From the NCBI RefSeq assembly GCF_009914755.1, contig NC_060933.1: a stretch of 64,000 bases of DNA; one strand, written 5' to 3'. Within the stretch, counting starts at the first letter, position 1. Each line of letters opens with the position of its first letter. The notes beneath the pieces were generated by a model. That model was not told where the DNA came from, did no database searches, and saw only the letters and a list, made by a program, of their open reading frames with translations. The DNA comes from the human T2T-CHM13v2.0 reference genome, Homo sapiens. A program made the position numbers and the translations under genes. Shown piece after piece: positions 12,298 through 25,339 of the stretch.

Positions 12298-14343
12298 GTA
12301 AGAGCTGAAACTGCAGATCCTATTGCATAGCCCTTGGCATATCCATTGGCACTCTTCCAGAAATTTTAGGAATAGTCCAATCTGGCTGCATAGGAAATAT
12401 GCAGTAATACATTTCTTATGGAGTCAGTTGTCAGGTAGAAACTCTGTTAAAGGAATCCTTTTGTCTTTTTTTCATTTACCTTTTCTTTCCTTCCTTCTCA
12501 TTCTTCTCTATAAAACTTTCTTTGTATATCCCATTTTCTCTGTCAATCATCAGCACACACGAACACATTTTGTTTTGACCCTCCTTTGTGGTCGTAAATC
12601 GCCTTTCCTTGTCAGTTTGATCTGCGAGTGTCATCTTTTCTCCTGCGTGTTCGCTCTGAATCCAGCCTGTATGACAGTGAATGCCCCTGGACAGTGTGTC
12701 CCCATATGCATTCGCATATAACCCACAGACAGCAAGCGGCTCCAGAAATGTGCTGATGAGCTGGATTTCTTGAGTCACAGAAGCATATGGTTAAATATAT
12801 TTGTAGAAGAAGATATTTTGAAACTCGCCACTTGCTGGGTTTTCCTTCCCATGCCTCACCTCTGATCACTTTATCATGCTGTGGCACTGGGGTTGATATA
12901 ATAAAAGCTAGATGACATTTTATCTCAGGAATATCGATGCATACCAAATAGAGCATTCTTTACCTTGTCACACTTGCTCTCCACTCCTACATGCAGATTA
13001 CACAACAGCCTGTGCTGGAGACATTTTCAACCTCCACATTTGCTTGTTTGAAGTGGGAACTGTCTTATACTGGATGTGGATGTTAGAGATAGGTAGCTTT
13101 CTTTTATTTTTCCTGTATCCCCAGTGCTTGATGTTCTACTGTAGAAAACTTTTTATAAGATGCTCTCAGGAGACTTATTAAGAAAAAAAGCGAGGTCTGA
13201 GCCGGCAGGTGGTGCTCTCTGTCCTTTGCGCTCAGCACTTCAGGGCATGACATAAGCAGCTGTGGCTCCTGGAGCTGGCCACCAGGACTAGTCACAGAAA
13301 TTGTGTATAGCTATGCTTCTCCCTGTCTGAAAACCAACCATATATTTCACTTTTCATCTGGAGACTCAGTAATTTGCTTCTTTCTCTAAATAAAAAAATA
13401 AATTACATTGTTTCCTTTCCAGCCACCTAGATGGCATGGGAACTGTGTGCACTTGTCTGAGTCTGTATCTACATGTGTATGTATGTAGTATTAATACAGC
13501 GGGTCATTTGGAATAGATCCCTCTTAAGATATGATTTCATCCTTCATTATTTTACTCAAGGTGGAGTACATTATTTTTGTATGCCATAGCTCCAGTGCAC
13601 TGCATATATTTATGTATGCAACAGTTTACCTTACCAAGTATAAATTACAAAATTTTTTACATAATCTCATTTAGTAGCCACAGTAGTAATGTGAAGTAAG
13701 TCCTACTGTTACATCCAATTTCAGACAGTGAAACTGAGAGCGAAGTACCATGTGCAAGGTCACAGAAAGTAAAAACTTGAACTCAGTGTTTTATATTATT
13801 CCGTTTTCACCACATTACAGCAGTTTTCCAGAGGCTGGGGTTATCATTTTAAAGAGTGATAACCGAACTGTTACTTAAAAGCATTCTCCATGTAATTCAC
13901 CATACTTTTTCAGATATGCAAAGGTTTTAAAGTGCTCAGATGAGAGAATTCTTGCCATGCTGTGTTATTAACCTACATCATTATATTCTTCTTAAGTCAT
14001 TGTCCCTCCTATTTCTGGGCATTATCACGACGGCAAACTATAATGAACTGTGTTGTATGTATCACAAGAATAGATGTGACTGTTTTTCATACTGGAAACA
14101 GAAACAGGAATATGCAGCAACTTCCAAAGGTCCGAGAAAGCTTCTGAGGATTGGTAGAGGGCAAGATGCCCAGTGCAGTGGACACTAAGGTCCAGTAGCA
14201 AGAAGAAGCTTCAACAGGAAGAGGAATGAGGGAGGAAAGACGGGGAGCAGCAAGCCAGGTGGGTACAGCAGGCAGCAGATTCTGTGAGTTAAATACCCCT
14301 TATCCTTTTGTGTTCTTCTCTTCTCTCCTGCTCTTACTCCCAG

Positions 14344-14543
14344 GTGTCCAAATGGATCAGCCCTGCTGCCGAGCTCTGTACGACTTTGAACCTGAAAATG
14401 AAGGGGAGTTGGGATTTAAAGAGGGCGATATCATCACACTCACTAACCAAATTGATGAGAACTGGTATGAGGGGATGCTGCATGGCCATTCAGGCTTCTT
14501 CCCCATCAATTATGTGGAAATTCTGGTTGCCCTGCCCCATTAG
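14344..14543 (+). CDS. SH3GL2: Endophilin-A1 exon 9 coding part (aa 287-352, SH3 domain) with TAG stop
   Basis: Long pyrimidine tract then cccag|; [65 protein letters not shown]; SH3 signatures ALYDF, WY-G, G-FP-NYV; exon lengths plus a recalled 187 nt for exons 1-3 sum to 1059 nt (352 aa plus stop). Confidence 0.99.
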
Positions 14544-15925
14544 GATGTTATGCTGGCTGGCTCGCCTCCTCTTGACCCAGATAGTTACGGTTAACCACTG
14601 CTTTGGCAATGCTGCTTATAACACATCCCAAGTGCAGGCCGCAGTGGTCCACGTCATCCAGCCCCACCAAGTGACTTTGGTTGACTTGTGGGCTCCCACA
14701 GGAGTCATGGTGATGGATGATATCCTCTTAGCCTGGTGGGCATGGCATGTGCTTTTTAAAACATCATCTGAGACCAGCCAGTAGTCACAGAACTGCTGTT
14801 TACACAGTTCTCAGGAGGCTGTGGTTTCTTAGAATATGACCATGAGCCATTTCACAGAAAAACCATCCCACCGAAGATATTGTCTATCACCCCAGGGGCC
14901 ATCTGAAGGTCTCTTTGCATTTCTCCATGCAAAGAGGAGAAAGCTTTTGCTTTCACACTGTCCCTTCCCAAATATGTGAGTCATGGAATTGTCAAAGTAA
15001 GCCTTCCCTCACCAGCAAATTGTCTCCTGATCTGAATGAATTTGTCTCTTAATGCATCCATAGAAAAGTGTTAATTGTGGGTTCAAAGCATTCTCTGCAA
15101 ATAGGCATCTCAGCTCCTCACACTTATGGCTATTTCTGACGTATAGCCAGTTTTCTTCCCTCCTTGCTATTAAAGCCACAGCGGTAATTCCAAATTATTT
15201 TTCAGTAAGACAGTTAATCAGCATTATTGTGAGAGGGACTGAAAAGAAATTCTCCATTATGAGGAATTGGGAAGAAATCTGGTATCCAAGCTTAAATTTC
15301 TTGCTATACAGAAACTATGTATGTATTTAGGCTATTTCTGAAGGGCACAGGGAAGGGGGAACAAATATCTTCACTTCAGTTTTATTTGTGAATTACATGT
15401 TTCATGAATCCATTTGGCACAGAGACACAAGGAAGAAAACACTAGTAACCATCTTTCCACTAGTTCATATACTGAGAAACAGTAAATACCTTTCCTTTCC
15501 ACTTTTACCCTGTGTTCTTTGAACATCATTTGTGCAGATTCTGCCCTCAATGAGGACCAAATAAAGATGATTTTTGTGCTTAGCAGTTTAAGGTATATGG
15601 CTGCATATGCAAAACTCTTTCCCAATTCAGTCGCTACTTTTACTTCTGCCCTTTCTATCCATCGTCTTCATTTTGTGTGTACAGTGCTGTGTGTAAGCTT
15701 ATCAGTGTGTTTTTTTATTTGTATCAGTCATGAAAGTCCTGTTAGGTATCCAGAGTTCTATTTATCTAGCTGTACAGACTCTTTCAGAGGTTTAACGTGC
15801 TGCTTCCGATGTGCCACCTGCAGTAGTGGATCATGTGGAGTGAAAGGCAAATCTTACTGCTTAATGTATAAACTCTCACCACAGGAAGCATCGCTGTTTC
15901 CAATAAATATTGCTGAAGACAGAAC
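14544..15925 (+). other. SH3GL2: SH3GL2 3' UTR
   Basis: Repeat-free sequence from the stop codon to AATAAA at 15902; 3' end estimated about 20 nt past the signal. Confidence 0.8.
15902..15907 (+). terminator. Polyadenylation signal AATAAA (probable main site)
   Basis: Canonical hexamer, upstream TGTA motifs, downstream GU/U-rich ttcattttgtgtcagttctttggg. Confidence 0.8.
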
Positions 15926-16336
15926 CAAAGGCTCTGCTCCTTCATTTTGTGTCAGTTCTTTGGGTCTAACAATGGGTGGATGGGGGCTGGTTTCAGTCTC
16001 CATTGATTTCTCATGCAGCCAAACAAGACCTGGCTCCAACTTCATATCTACCTCTTTACACGTAGGAAAAGTTTCAGCAGCAAGGAAGTAGCTAGCCTGG
16101 ACATTGGGACCTTCCTGGTAACCCCAGGAAGGAGGAGAATTTGGGAGAGAAGAAAGTAAGGAGAATTAGGTCTCATAGATGTTAAATGATATATTGTTAA
16201 AAGTGGTATCATCTGAAGAATATAATGTTAGGAAGGGGAAATAAAATATATCCCTTCGAGTAGCCTCTTATTTTCTTTCGTAATTGAAGATAAAGAAATA
16301 GACATGGAAAAATAGTTTGATCGAAAGTCACTATTA

Positions 16337-16653
<317 letters not shown>

Positions 16654-16854
16654 TTATTTTCTCTTGATGTATATGTTTGGGGTGTGAGTGGGAATAGGGG
16701 AGCAGCAAGGCACACAAAATGTGTATTTTCTGAGTTCCCAGGAAAATAAACATGTTCTTTGTGTATTAGGGGCCATTTCTATTATTTTGTGCTGAGGCCA
16801 ATAGTCCAGATTTTCTAATCTAACATGAATAGTTGTAATTAAATATACTAAGTT

Positions 16855-17222
16855 TCTGTTAGTCCATTTTCATACTGCTATGAAGAAATACCCGAGACTG
16901 GGTAATTTATAAAGGAAGAGGTTTAATGGACTCGCAGTTCCACTTGGCTGGGGAGGCCTCACAATCATGGTGGAAGGTGAAGGAGGAACAAATGTACGTC
17001 TTATATGGTGACAGGCAAGAGAGCATGTGCAGGGAAATTGCCTTTTATGAAACCATCAGATCTCATGAGACTTATTCACTATCACGAGAACAGCATGGGA
17101 AAACCCACCCCCATGATTCAATTACCAATTACCTCCCACCTGGTCCCTCCCACAACATGTGGGGATTATGGGAACTACAATTGAAGATGAGATTTGTGTG
17201 GAGACACAGCCAAACGATATCA
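16855..17222 (-). mobile_element. THE1 (MaLR) solo LTR with 5-bp TSD AAGTT
   Basis: ttagtccattttcatactgctatgaagaaatacccgagactggg...cacagccaaacgatatca; AAGTT at 16850-16854 and 17223-17227. Confidence 0.9.
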
Positions 17223-17319
17223 AAGTTCTATATGTGAACTAGTCTAACGTGAAAATATTTTTTTCTAGCTGTATGAGTTCTAGAGTATTACAGATCAGTT
17301 CTCTAAAGCAATTTTAAGA

Positions 17320-18230
17320 AATACCAATGATATTGTGACTATAGAAAATCATAAAGAATCCAAAGATAAACTATTAGAAAAATCAGTGAATTTAATAGGA
17401 TCACTAGATATGAGGAATATACAAAAATCTATTTCTATATATCAATAGCAATCAGAAAAAATGTAATTTAAAAAAATGTCATTCACAAAGGCATCAGAAA
17501 TCAAAACCAGCCGGGCCCGGTGGCTCACGCCTGTAATCCCAACACTTTTGGAGGCCGAGGCGGGTGGATCACGAGGTCAGGAGATCGAGATCATCCTCGC
17601 TAACACAGTGAAACCCTATCTGTACTAAAAATACAAAAAATTAGCCGGGTGTGGTGGCGAGTGCCTGCAGTTGCAGCTACTCAGGAGGCTGAGGTAGGAG
17701 AATGGCCTGAACCCAGGAGGCGGAGCTTGCAATGAGCCAAGATCACGCCACTACACTCCAGCCTGGGTGACAGAGCGAGACTCCGTCTCAAAAAAAAAAA
17801 AAAAATCAAAACCATAGATACAAATCTAACAAGATTGTACCTGATCTCTGCATAGAAAATTATGGAACATATTTGAGAAAGCAATTGAAAGATATTCTGT
17901 GTTTTTAGATTGGAAAACTCAGTCTTGTAAAGGTATCATTTTCCTCCAAATCTAGCTGTTTATTAAGTGCGATTTCAACCAGAAATCTTAGGAAGTTTGT
18001 TTCCATGTGTTCGAGAACTGACAAGTTCAACTTTTAAGCCTGTCATAAAATTTTTGTGGAAAAGAAAAAAGATGTTTTTTCTCAAAGAAGAACAAAGTTG
18101 GAGGACTCTTTCTAGATATAAAACATTAAAAAGTTACAGTAATTAAGGTAGTATGGTTTTGATACAAAGATAGCAGAATAGATTGTATATACAGAATAGC
18201 GAGTCCAGAAAGAGACATAGATGCATTCGA
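17320..18230 (+). mobile_element. Old L1M ORF2 fragment interrupted by an AluY
   Basis: A-rich degenerate L1 text (aaactattagaa..., agaagaacaaagttggaggact, acagtaattaaggtagtatgg). Confidence 0.7.
17510..17804 (+). mobile_element. AluY SINE with 12-bp TSD AAATCAAAACCA
   Basis: AluY-type text gagatcgag..catcct.gctaacac and ggcggagcttgca; TSD at 17498-17509 and 17803-17814. Confidence 0.93.
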
Positions 18231-21200
18231 CCATATTTGAAGGAAAAGCATTCCATTATGTTTAATGTGATGCACTCATATCAACTGAACCTTTTTAATA
18301 TCAGTTCCATAACCCCAAAGTGAAAACAGCAAGACTTTGTGCCAAATACAGTAATCTCACTATGAGTCAATGTCACATGAAACAAGTGTCATGACCACAG
18401 ATTCCAGGAAGAACTTACTCTTGATTTAAGGAAGAGTTTTGGAGACCATTACTAATGCACTCACCAGATACAGGACTGTTTGAATTCTTTATTTTTATTG
18501 AGGTATAGTTAATACCTTAGTACAAAACCTTATGTATGGAAATTACTCAGTGGACCACCACTAGAAGTTGAACTTGCCAGAAAACACTTGTTCTTCCAAG
18601 TCAAATCATTGAAACAAACTGCCTAAAGTGGAAACAGAAGCAGAATTAAACTGAACTAAAATGATTAATAAATTCAGTGGGGCAATGGTTTTGCTTCTTT
18701 TTCTAATAGGTCTACTAGGTTTAATAGGTCTTAAAGAGAAAACTCAAGGAGTATAGTTATTTTCACGTAGTTTCTCTTTGCCATAAATCAGTAGACAATA
18801 AGAATGATATGACCTAGAATGGAAGTTTCCCTGGGGCTGTGTATAGTACACAACATACATTCTGGAACGTGCCAAGTCCTGTTCTGCATACATTATTTAG
18901 GAAATTGAGATTAGCCCAACTCTCCATTTTCAAGATAGCTTCTAGTGTTCTGGATGAAACCGTTAATATGTGGGCACTTTTATTTTCTTTCACTGAGATC
19001 CCAGGAAACAGTATGTGGGCACTTTTAAAGCCTGTGTTTCATTAGCCAGATTAAGAACTACTGCTAAACATGCAGACTGCCTTCCATCCCACGGAGATGG
19101 GGAAGTGATGAAGGAGGGACGTTATGCTGAAGAAGGAGGCAGACAGCTGCCATTAGAACTCTGGGTGGTGGTTCGTGGAAGAGACTTAGAGTGCTGCAAG
19201 GCCATACCAGCAATTTCTAGGCCCAGCTTTTGGGGACTAGTTATGAGCCCCTTGGTTAAAGGGGCTGTCAAGGAAAAGAACAAAGCTATTTTTTAAGGAC
19301 CCATTGAATGCTAACTGCTTACAGTCAGGCAGTTGAATGTTACTCTGCTATCATGTATGCCTAAGTGATGGCAGCCTTCCACTTAAGGGCAGGAGACAAC
19401 TGTGATTCTTGACAGCAGGGGAGCAGGCTGTCAGCTTTGGGAGCAAAAGAATGAAGCACAGCATCTCACTACCACTTTCTTGAAAAGGAAACTGAATATG
19501 ATGATTTGCTAGTTTGGGGAAAGGCCAAAGAATCCATTTTTAAATAGCTCTGTCAGTGATTTTTATGTGCATCCCTTATCAAAACGTCTGCCTCCAGGAC
19601 ACGTGGAGATAAGAAATCAAGAACCTAGAGTTTCTTAAGCTTACCTGATAATAAGAGTCACCTGGAGATAACTACAAATTGGATTTCCAGGTTCTCATTA
19701 CAGCTGCTCAGAATCAGAACTGCCCATAGAGGGGCCCCTAGCAAGTGGTATTTACCATTGAAAGATTTAGGAGAAACTCTACAGGGCATCTAAAACTGAT
19801 ATGTGCTTTATCACCTGGGTATTGTTAAAACATGCCTGGCCTCCATCTCCAGATGTTCTCGTTCAGAATGTCTGGAGTGGGGCCCGAGAATGTGCATTTC
19901 TAACAAGCTCCATAGAGATGTTGCCAGTCCCTGGACCACACTTGAAGTAGTGCTGCTCTACCAAATAAACTTAGGAAGAGCCAGCTCTTGGCCCTGCCTT
20001 TGGTGTTGAGAATGACCAGAAAACAGACATATTCAGTCATTTTCCTCAACTGAAGTGTTCTTTGGGCTCACACACTGAATAAAACTTTGGTGGAGAATGA
20101 TGGCTTAGGGAAATCCAGGCATTTTTTACAGACCCCAGAAGTCCCACTTGAGTTGTGCCCCGGTAGCCTCTTAAACATGCCCTTGAGGGTCAGCATCAGG
20201 TTTTTTAGCAAGCTTCCCAAGCAACTCTCCCATTCCTGCAAGTCTGGGGAGCTCTTGTGTGTATAAAAACTTTTTAAATAAGTAGCCAACTGCTCACTGA
20301 CTTTCTTACCTACTGGTTTTGCTCTGAGACATTTGCATTTATTGATTGATCCAGTAACTTCAATGCATGTTTCCACTCAGAGTGATCTTGCAAATTCAGG
20401 ACATCCTGTGTTTTTCCAACTTTGCTGACGACATTAAAGATGCGCTAGATTTGAGTCTGTGCTGACTTGGAATTCCCACTTCTTTCCTGGTCATTCGTTT
20501 ACGCTTTGCTTTCCGCTTCCCCTCTTGCGAGGGAATCAGAGAGATATGTCTGCAGTTAGCCCCATGTTCCTCAGATGGGCTGCTCTTAGAGCTCTTGCTT
20601 TTCTTGTTTAGATCAGTGGGTCACACCCCGCAGTTCATACCAGAACCCTGAGGGATACGTGCTAAGATGCGGATTTCTGGGGCTGACACCGACGTTCTGA
20701 TTCCATTTTCTAGAACAGGGCCAGGATCCACATGGGTGACAGGCATCCTGCCCCACCCCATGGTTCTTACAGAGGCAGCGTTCAAAGCCACACTCTGAAG
20801 AACCCGCCTTCAAATTTGGGAATTCTTTGATTTGTGAGTGCAGTGGAAGAAGACCATTTAAGAGATGGCTTGGCAACCAAGAAGGGGATATGAGGGACCA
20901 GCTTCCTCTCACATTGCAATACAAGTGCTTCCCATGAAAAGAGAAAGTTAACAGTATTGCAGAATGCACAGGTTAATCCCTGACATTAACAGTGACACAC
21001 ACTTCTCTCTTGGTTTTTCTTTTCTGGAATGAAAAAAGATCTGAATTTATTATGTATGAAATAGGGATGAAGAAGGAAGGTGGTTCGAGTCTGAGGAAAC
21101 AGACTTACTGACTTCACATACCCAATCATCAAAATTTTGGTGCCATCTAATTATGTATTGTCTTTTATGTTCTTTTTAAATTCTTGTTCTTTTATTTTTC

Positions 21201-22698
21201 CCAAAGTATTTTCGTGGGACCTAGATTGCCCTCTACTGGCCTGCCCCAAAATTAATCAGTTGCCAATCTGACCAATTTTCCTGGTGGTTATATAGTCATC
21301 ATATACATAAGCTGCATTTAAGGTCTTTCTTTCTCACATAGCATGCTGCTTAAACTATTGCTCCTTTAATAAGTTAGTCATTTTTAGCAAGTATTGGTGT
21401 CAAAGTGATATCCAGTAAATAGTATGTGATCTTTGGGAAAAGAACCAAATTCTTGTTCTTCTAATAAAAAGCGTGCTTGTGGATCAGCTGGCATAGTTAC
21501 CCAGTGACTGTCAGTTTTACTAGGGCTGCATGTTTGCCCTATAGGAATTACCCAAACTCCTTGAACTGCTTGATGATCTGCAGTCTCACCTCAGCTTTCT
21601 GAAACAGCTGAAAAGGTGTAGGTCACAGTATTTCACCTTGGACATCAGCCCTAGAAAAATGCCGTATCTAAAGACAATAGTAAAAGTTATACAGTATAAA
21701 CAACAGTATTCTTATGAGTAATGCTTAGAGCAGCTTTATAAGGTACAATTTACCTACTATAACATTCACCCATTTGAAATGTACAGGTTAATGGTTTTCG
21801 GTAAGTGTATAGAAACATGCAAATAGCACCAAACTCCAGTTTTAGAACATCTCCATCACACCCAAGAGTTGTGCCCATTTGCAGTCGACCCTGCTTCTAC
21901 CCCCATCTTCAGGCAGCCACTAATTTGTGAGTAATGTTTTAAATTACAAAAATTGAGATATTTTAGTTAAGTGGAAATCATTATAGTTTCATTGATAAAT
22001 AGCACTGGCATCATTAGCCATCCGTCTTGAAAAATATCCCAACTAACGTGCTCACCTCCATGAAACCTCTCTCCACGTCCTTACCACTCTGATAAGGTAG
22101 CTCCAGCATCTGTACTTTGTTCACTTCAGGCTCTCACCATATCCAAGTTTTAAGGGGCTATCCCAGCAACACATTAGGACTAGCTCCAGGTGTTGAATAT
22201 TGAGTCACAGGAGAGTTCTCCCATGCCAATAAATTATCCAATTCAGCCTTAAATTTCTCTCATCCATCCCCATTTCAACACTCTTGAGATTCACTCCCAC
22301 GAGTCTGCCCCTAGTCTCTGCCAGTACTTATGAGCCTGCTCTTCCTACAGTGCATAGACTGTTTCCCCCAGAGCAGGCACTGTGTTTTTCTGCTCTGGAT
22401 GTACTAAGCTATGTCGCTTTATCAGCCCAGAGGCAGCAGGGGCTGACCTTGGGAAGCAGGACCCTTAGGTGAAGACTTTGCAAGGTCTTCAAGCAAGGGG
22501 AGGCTGCTGGTCCTCTAGCAAAGTGGAGGAAGGATTTGCCTGTGTCAGATGGGATGATTCAGGAGAATCCAAGAGTTGAAGATTCTGAGCCTTGTCCACC
22601 TAGACAGGTCCATGACAGTTTGTGGGTCCCACTGTTCCTTGCTCTGACATAAGAGAACTGTTGAGATTGTACATTCTATTTTCTTTTCCTCCTTCTTC

Positions 22699-22998
<300 letters not shown>

Positions 22999-23344
22999 TC
23001 CATTTTCTGTCTAGTTTTACCTCTGTAACAAGTTCTGAGTTCTGAGTTTGATTTCTAGTATAGTCTGCTCTGTAGCTGCAGGCAATAATCTGCAAAGCCC
23101 ATTTGTTTCACAGTAGGAGGGATTTTCCAAGTGTTTTCATAGCTGCTAGACCTGTTTTATCTCATTTAATCTACGCAACAAACCCAAGAGAAAGGTGTGG
23201 TCAATTTTACATAGGAAAAAAACCTAAGGCTCAGAATTCTAGCCAAGTTTTTCTGACTCCAAAGCCCATGCTCTCCATGCACCTTAGCACACAGGATTTC
23301 GAATAACTAACATTTTGTGGATGAGGCATTCAAGTCCCCAGATT

Positions 23345-23530
23345 CAAAACACATCACTTCCACTACCTGCCATTTACTAGCTCTGTTATGTTGGGTAGAT
23401 TATTTAAACTCTCTGTGCCTCAGTTTCTTTAATTGTAAAGTGGGGATATAATAGTACCTACTTAAGTGTTAATGGTAGGTTGTTGAGGTGAAGTGTTTAA
23501 AATAATACAAGACATAGAATAGGCATGCAA
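23345..23530 (+). mobile_element. MIR SINE
   Basis: aactctctgtgcctcagtttctttaattgtaaagtggggatataatagtacctac. Confidence 0.75.
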
Positions 23531-23853
23531 TGTGATTCAATGAAGCAAAACCAGTCCAAGGTTCACAGATTCCGGGACTAGAATCAGTTCTGACTCCAGC
23601 TATAAAGTCTTCCTCTATGAAACATTTCTGTAATGGTAGTTTAAGTCAGTGGAAAATGAGTTGCATTTTCCAAAATACTCGCTGTGCACCTCTTTTCAGA
23701 AAACGTAACATTGAACCGTGACAATGTATGGCTTTTTAAAATTTGGAGGCTGCATCCAGTATAGAATAATTCAAATTCATTCACCAGGACACTAGGGAAA
23801 GAGCAGAAGCTCATAAGGTTGGAGCCACTGGAGCTTTAATGAATGAAAGTAGT

Positions 23854-24118
23854 GGCTGGGTGTCGTGGCTCACACCTGTAATCCAAACACTTTGGGAGGT
23901 TGAGGCAGCCGGATCACTTGAGGCCAGGAGTTCAAGACCAGCCTGGGCATCATGGTGAAACCCCACTTCTACCAAAATAAACCAAACAAACAAAAAAACA
24001 AAATTAGATGGGCATGGTGGTGCATGTCTATAGTCCCAGCTACTTGGGGAGCTGAGATGGGAGGATCATCTGAGCCCAGGAGGTTGAGGCTACAGTGAGC
24101 CGTGATTGCACCATACCC
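23854..24118 (+). mobile_element. AluJ SINE, 3'-truncated (no tail)
   Basis: ggctgggtgtcgtggctcac...gagccgtgattgcacca, then non-Alu sequence. Confidence 0.9.
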
Positions 24119-25339
24119 TGTGAGGCTTAGGAATGGGTATAGAGCTTACCTGTCCTACATATTACAGTAGTGAAAATCTTGGTTGTAATTGACAATAACC
24201 TAACACACACTAAAACAAGGACAAAAAAGGAATGAGTTGGTTCATGTAATAGGTAAACTCAAGAATGGAACTCACTTTGGGCAAGACTGGATCTAGGGCC
24301 TCAAGCAATGTCTTTAGAGCTTGCCTCCCTCTTTTTTTTCTTCTGTTTTTATATCTCAGCTGTGCTTATTCCCATTCCTCTTGATGTGTTGGTTTAATTC
24401 TCTCCTGCCATAGACAACTGTTTGCGCATCATGGGGAAGATGATTGCTGATAGATGTGAGTCTTCATACATAAAGGTAGAAGGTGCCCTTTCTTTTTAAT
24501 ATCCAAATGGGAAAATTGCATGGAAGAAGCCTGATTAGCCCTGCTTGGATCTGTGTCCAACCTTGGACAAGTCACAATGGTCCAAGCACTGTGGTGAGGT
24601 GGATAGGGCCCCATAGTAGTCCCAGTGTTGGTCATCGCCCCTCCTTGTGGAGGAGAAGGGCCAAGGCTTTAGGATGGAATCAAAGCAGCTCCCAAATCAA
24701 AGTGAAATACTGGACAAACACAAATCAATTGATGTCCACGCTGTTCCTTATATCCATTCTTAGGCTGTCTTAATTGATCTCTTTACCTTTCCCCTCCAGT
24801 CTAGGTCCCAACTGGTTCCTGGCTCTTGGTTTTATTTATGTTTTATAATCTTATCTACCCTTAGACTTAATGTTTATATTTGATTCCCTTGCTGAACCTC
24901 AAGGATTGTGGCTCAGATGTGCTGTACTATTTCTGCTTTCGAAAACTACCTTGAGTAGGATTTCTTTCTGTGGCCAGCCCTAAAGACCTAGCTTTTAGCA
25001 CAAGTTTCATCTTTCCAATCCCCTCGAGATCCTCAGAAACAGAGATCTTGTGTGACATCAGAGTTGTAGTGGATTTAGGGTTCATGTGGCTGATAGCAAG
25101 TAGTAAGTCTTCAGTTAACATAAATGCATTGGCAGGAATGAGGGGTGGGATTTCAAGAACATGGAGGTAGAAGGAGAAATATTAAGGTAGGAGGTAGGAC
25201 CTGAGGACTAACAATGTATCATAATGAGAGCATTGTTGTAGTCACATCTTGGGAAAACTGTGGGGCTTTGAGGTTAAAGGGGAATCGATCACTCCATGGT
25301 CAATGAGAAACCTTGGGAATCAGTGACTTCCTTTTATTT

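Noticed and set aside
14308-14784. 158-aa alternative-frame ORF overlapping the SH3 exon
   Set aside because: Starts inside the polypyrimidine tract, is out of frame with exon 8 and has no recognisable homology
15519-16091. 190-aa ORF in the 3' UTR
   Set aside because: Non-ATG start, runs through the poly(A) site and has low-information Cys/Ser/Phe composition
18300-18420. Segment superficially like an H/ACA snoRNA or other small-RNA copy
   Set aside because: Could not match it to any RNA family I know, and box or hairpin structure is unconvincing; an Rfam/Infernal search would settle it
18967-19027. 16-bp direct repeat TATGTGGGCACTTTTA separated by 29 bp (repeat-spacer-like)
   Set aside because: Only two copies in primate DNA; a local duplication, not a CRISPR-like array
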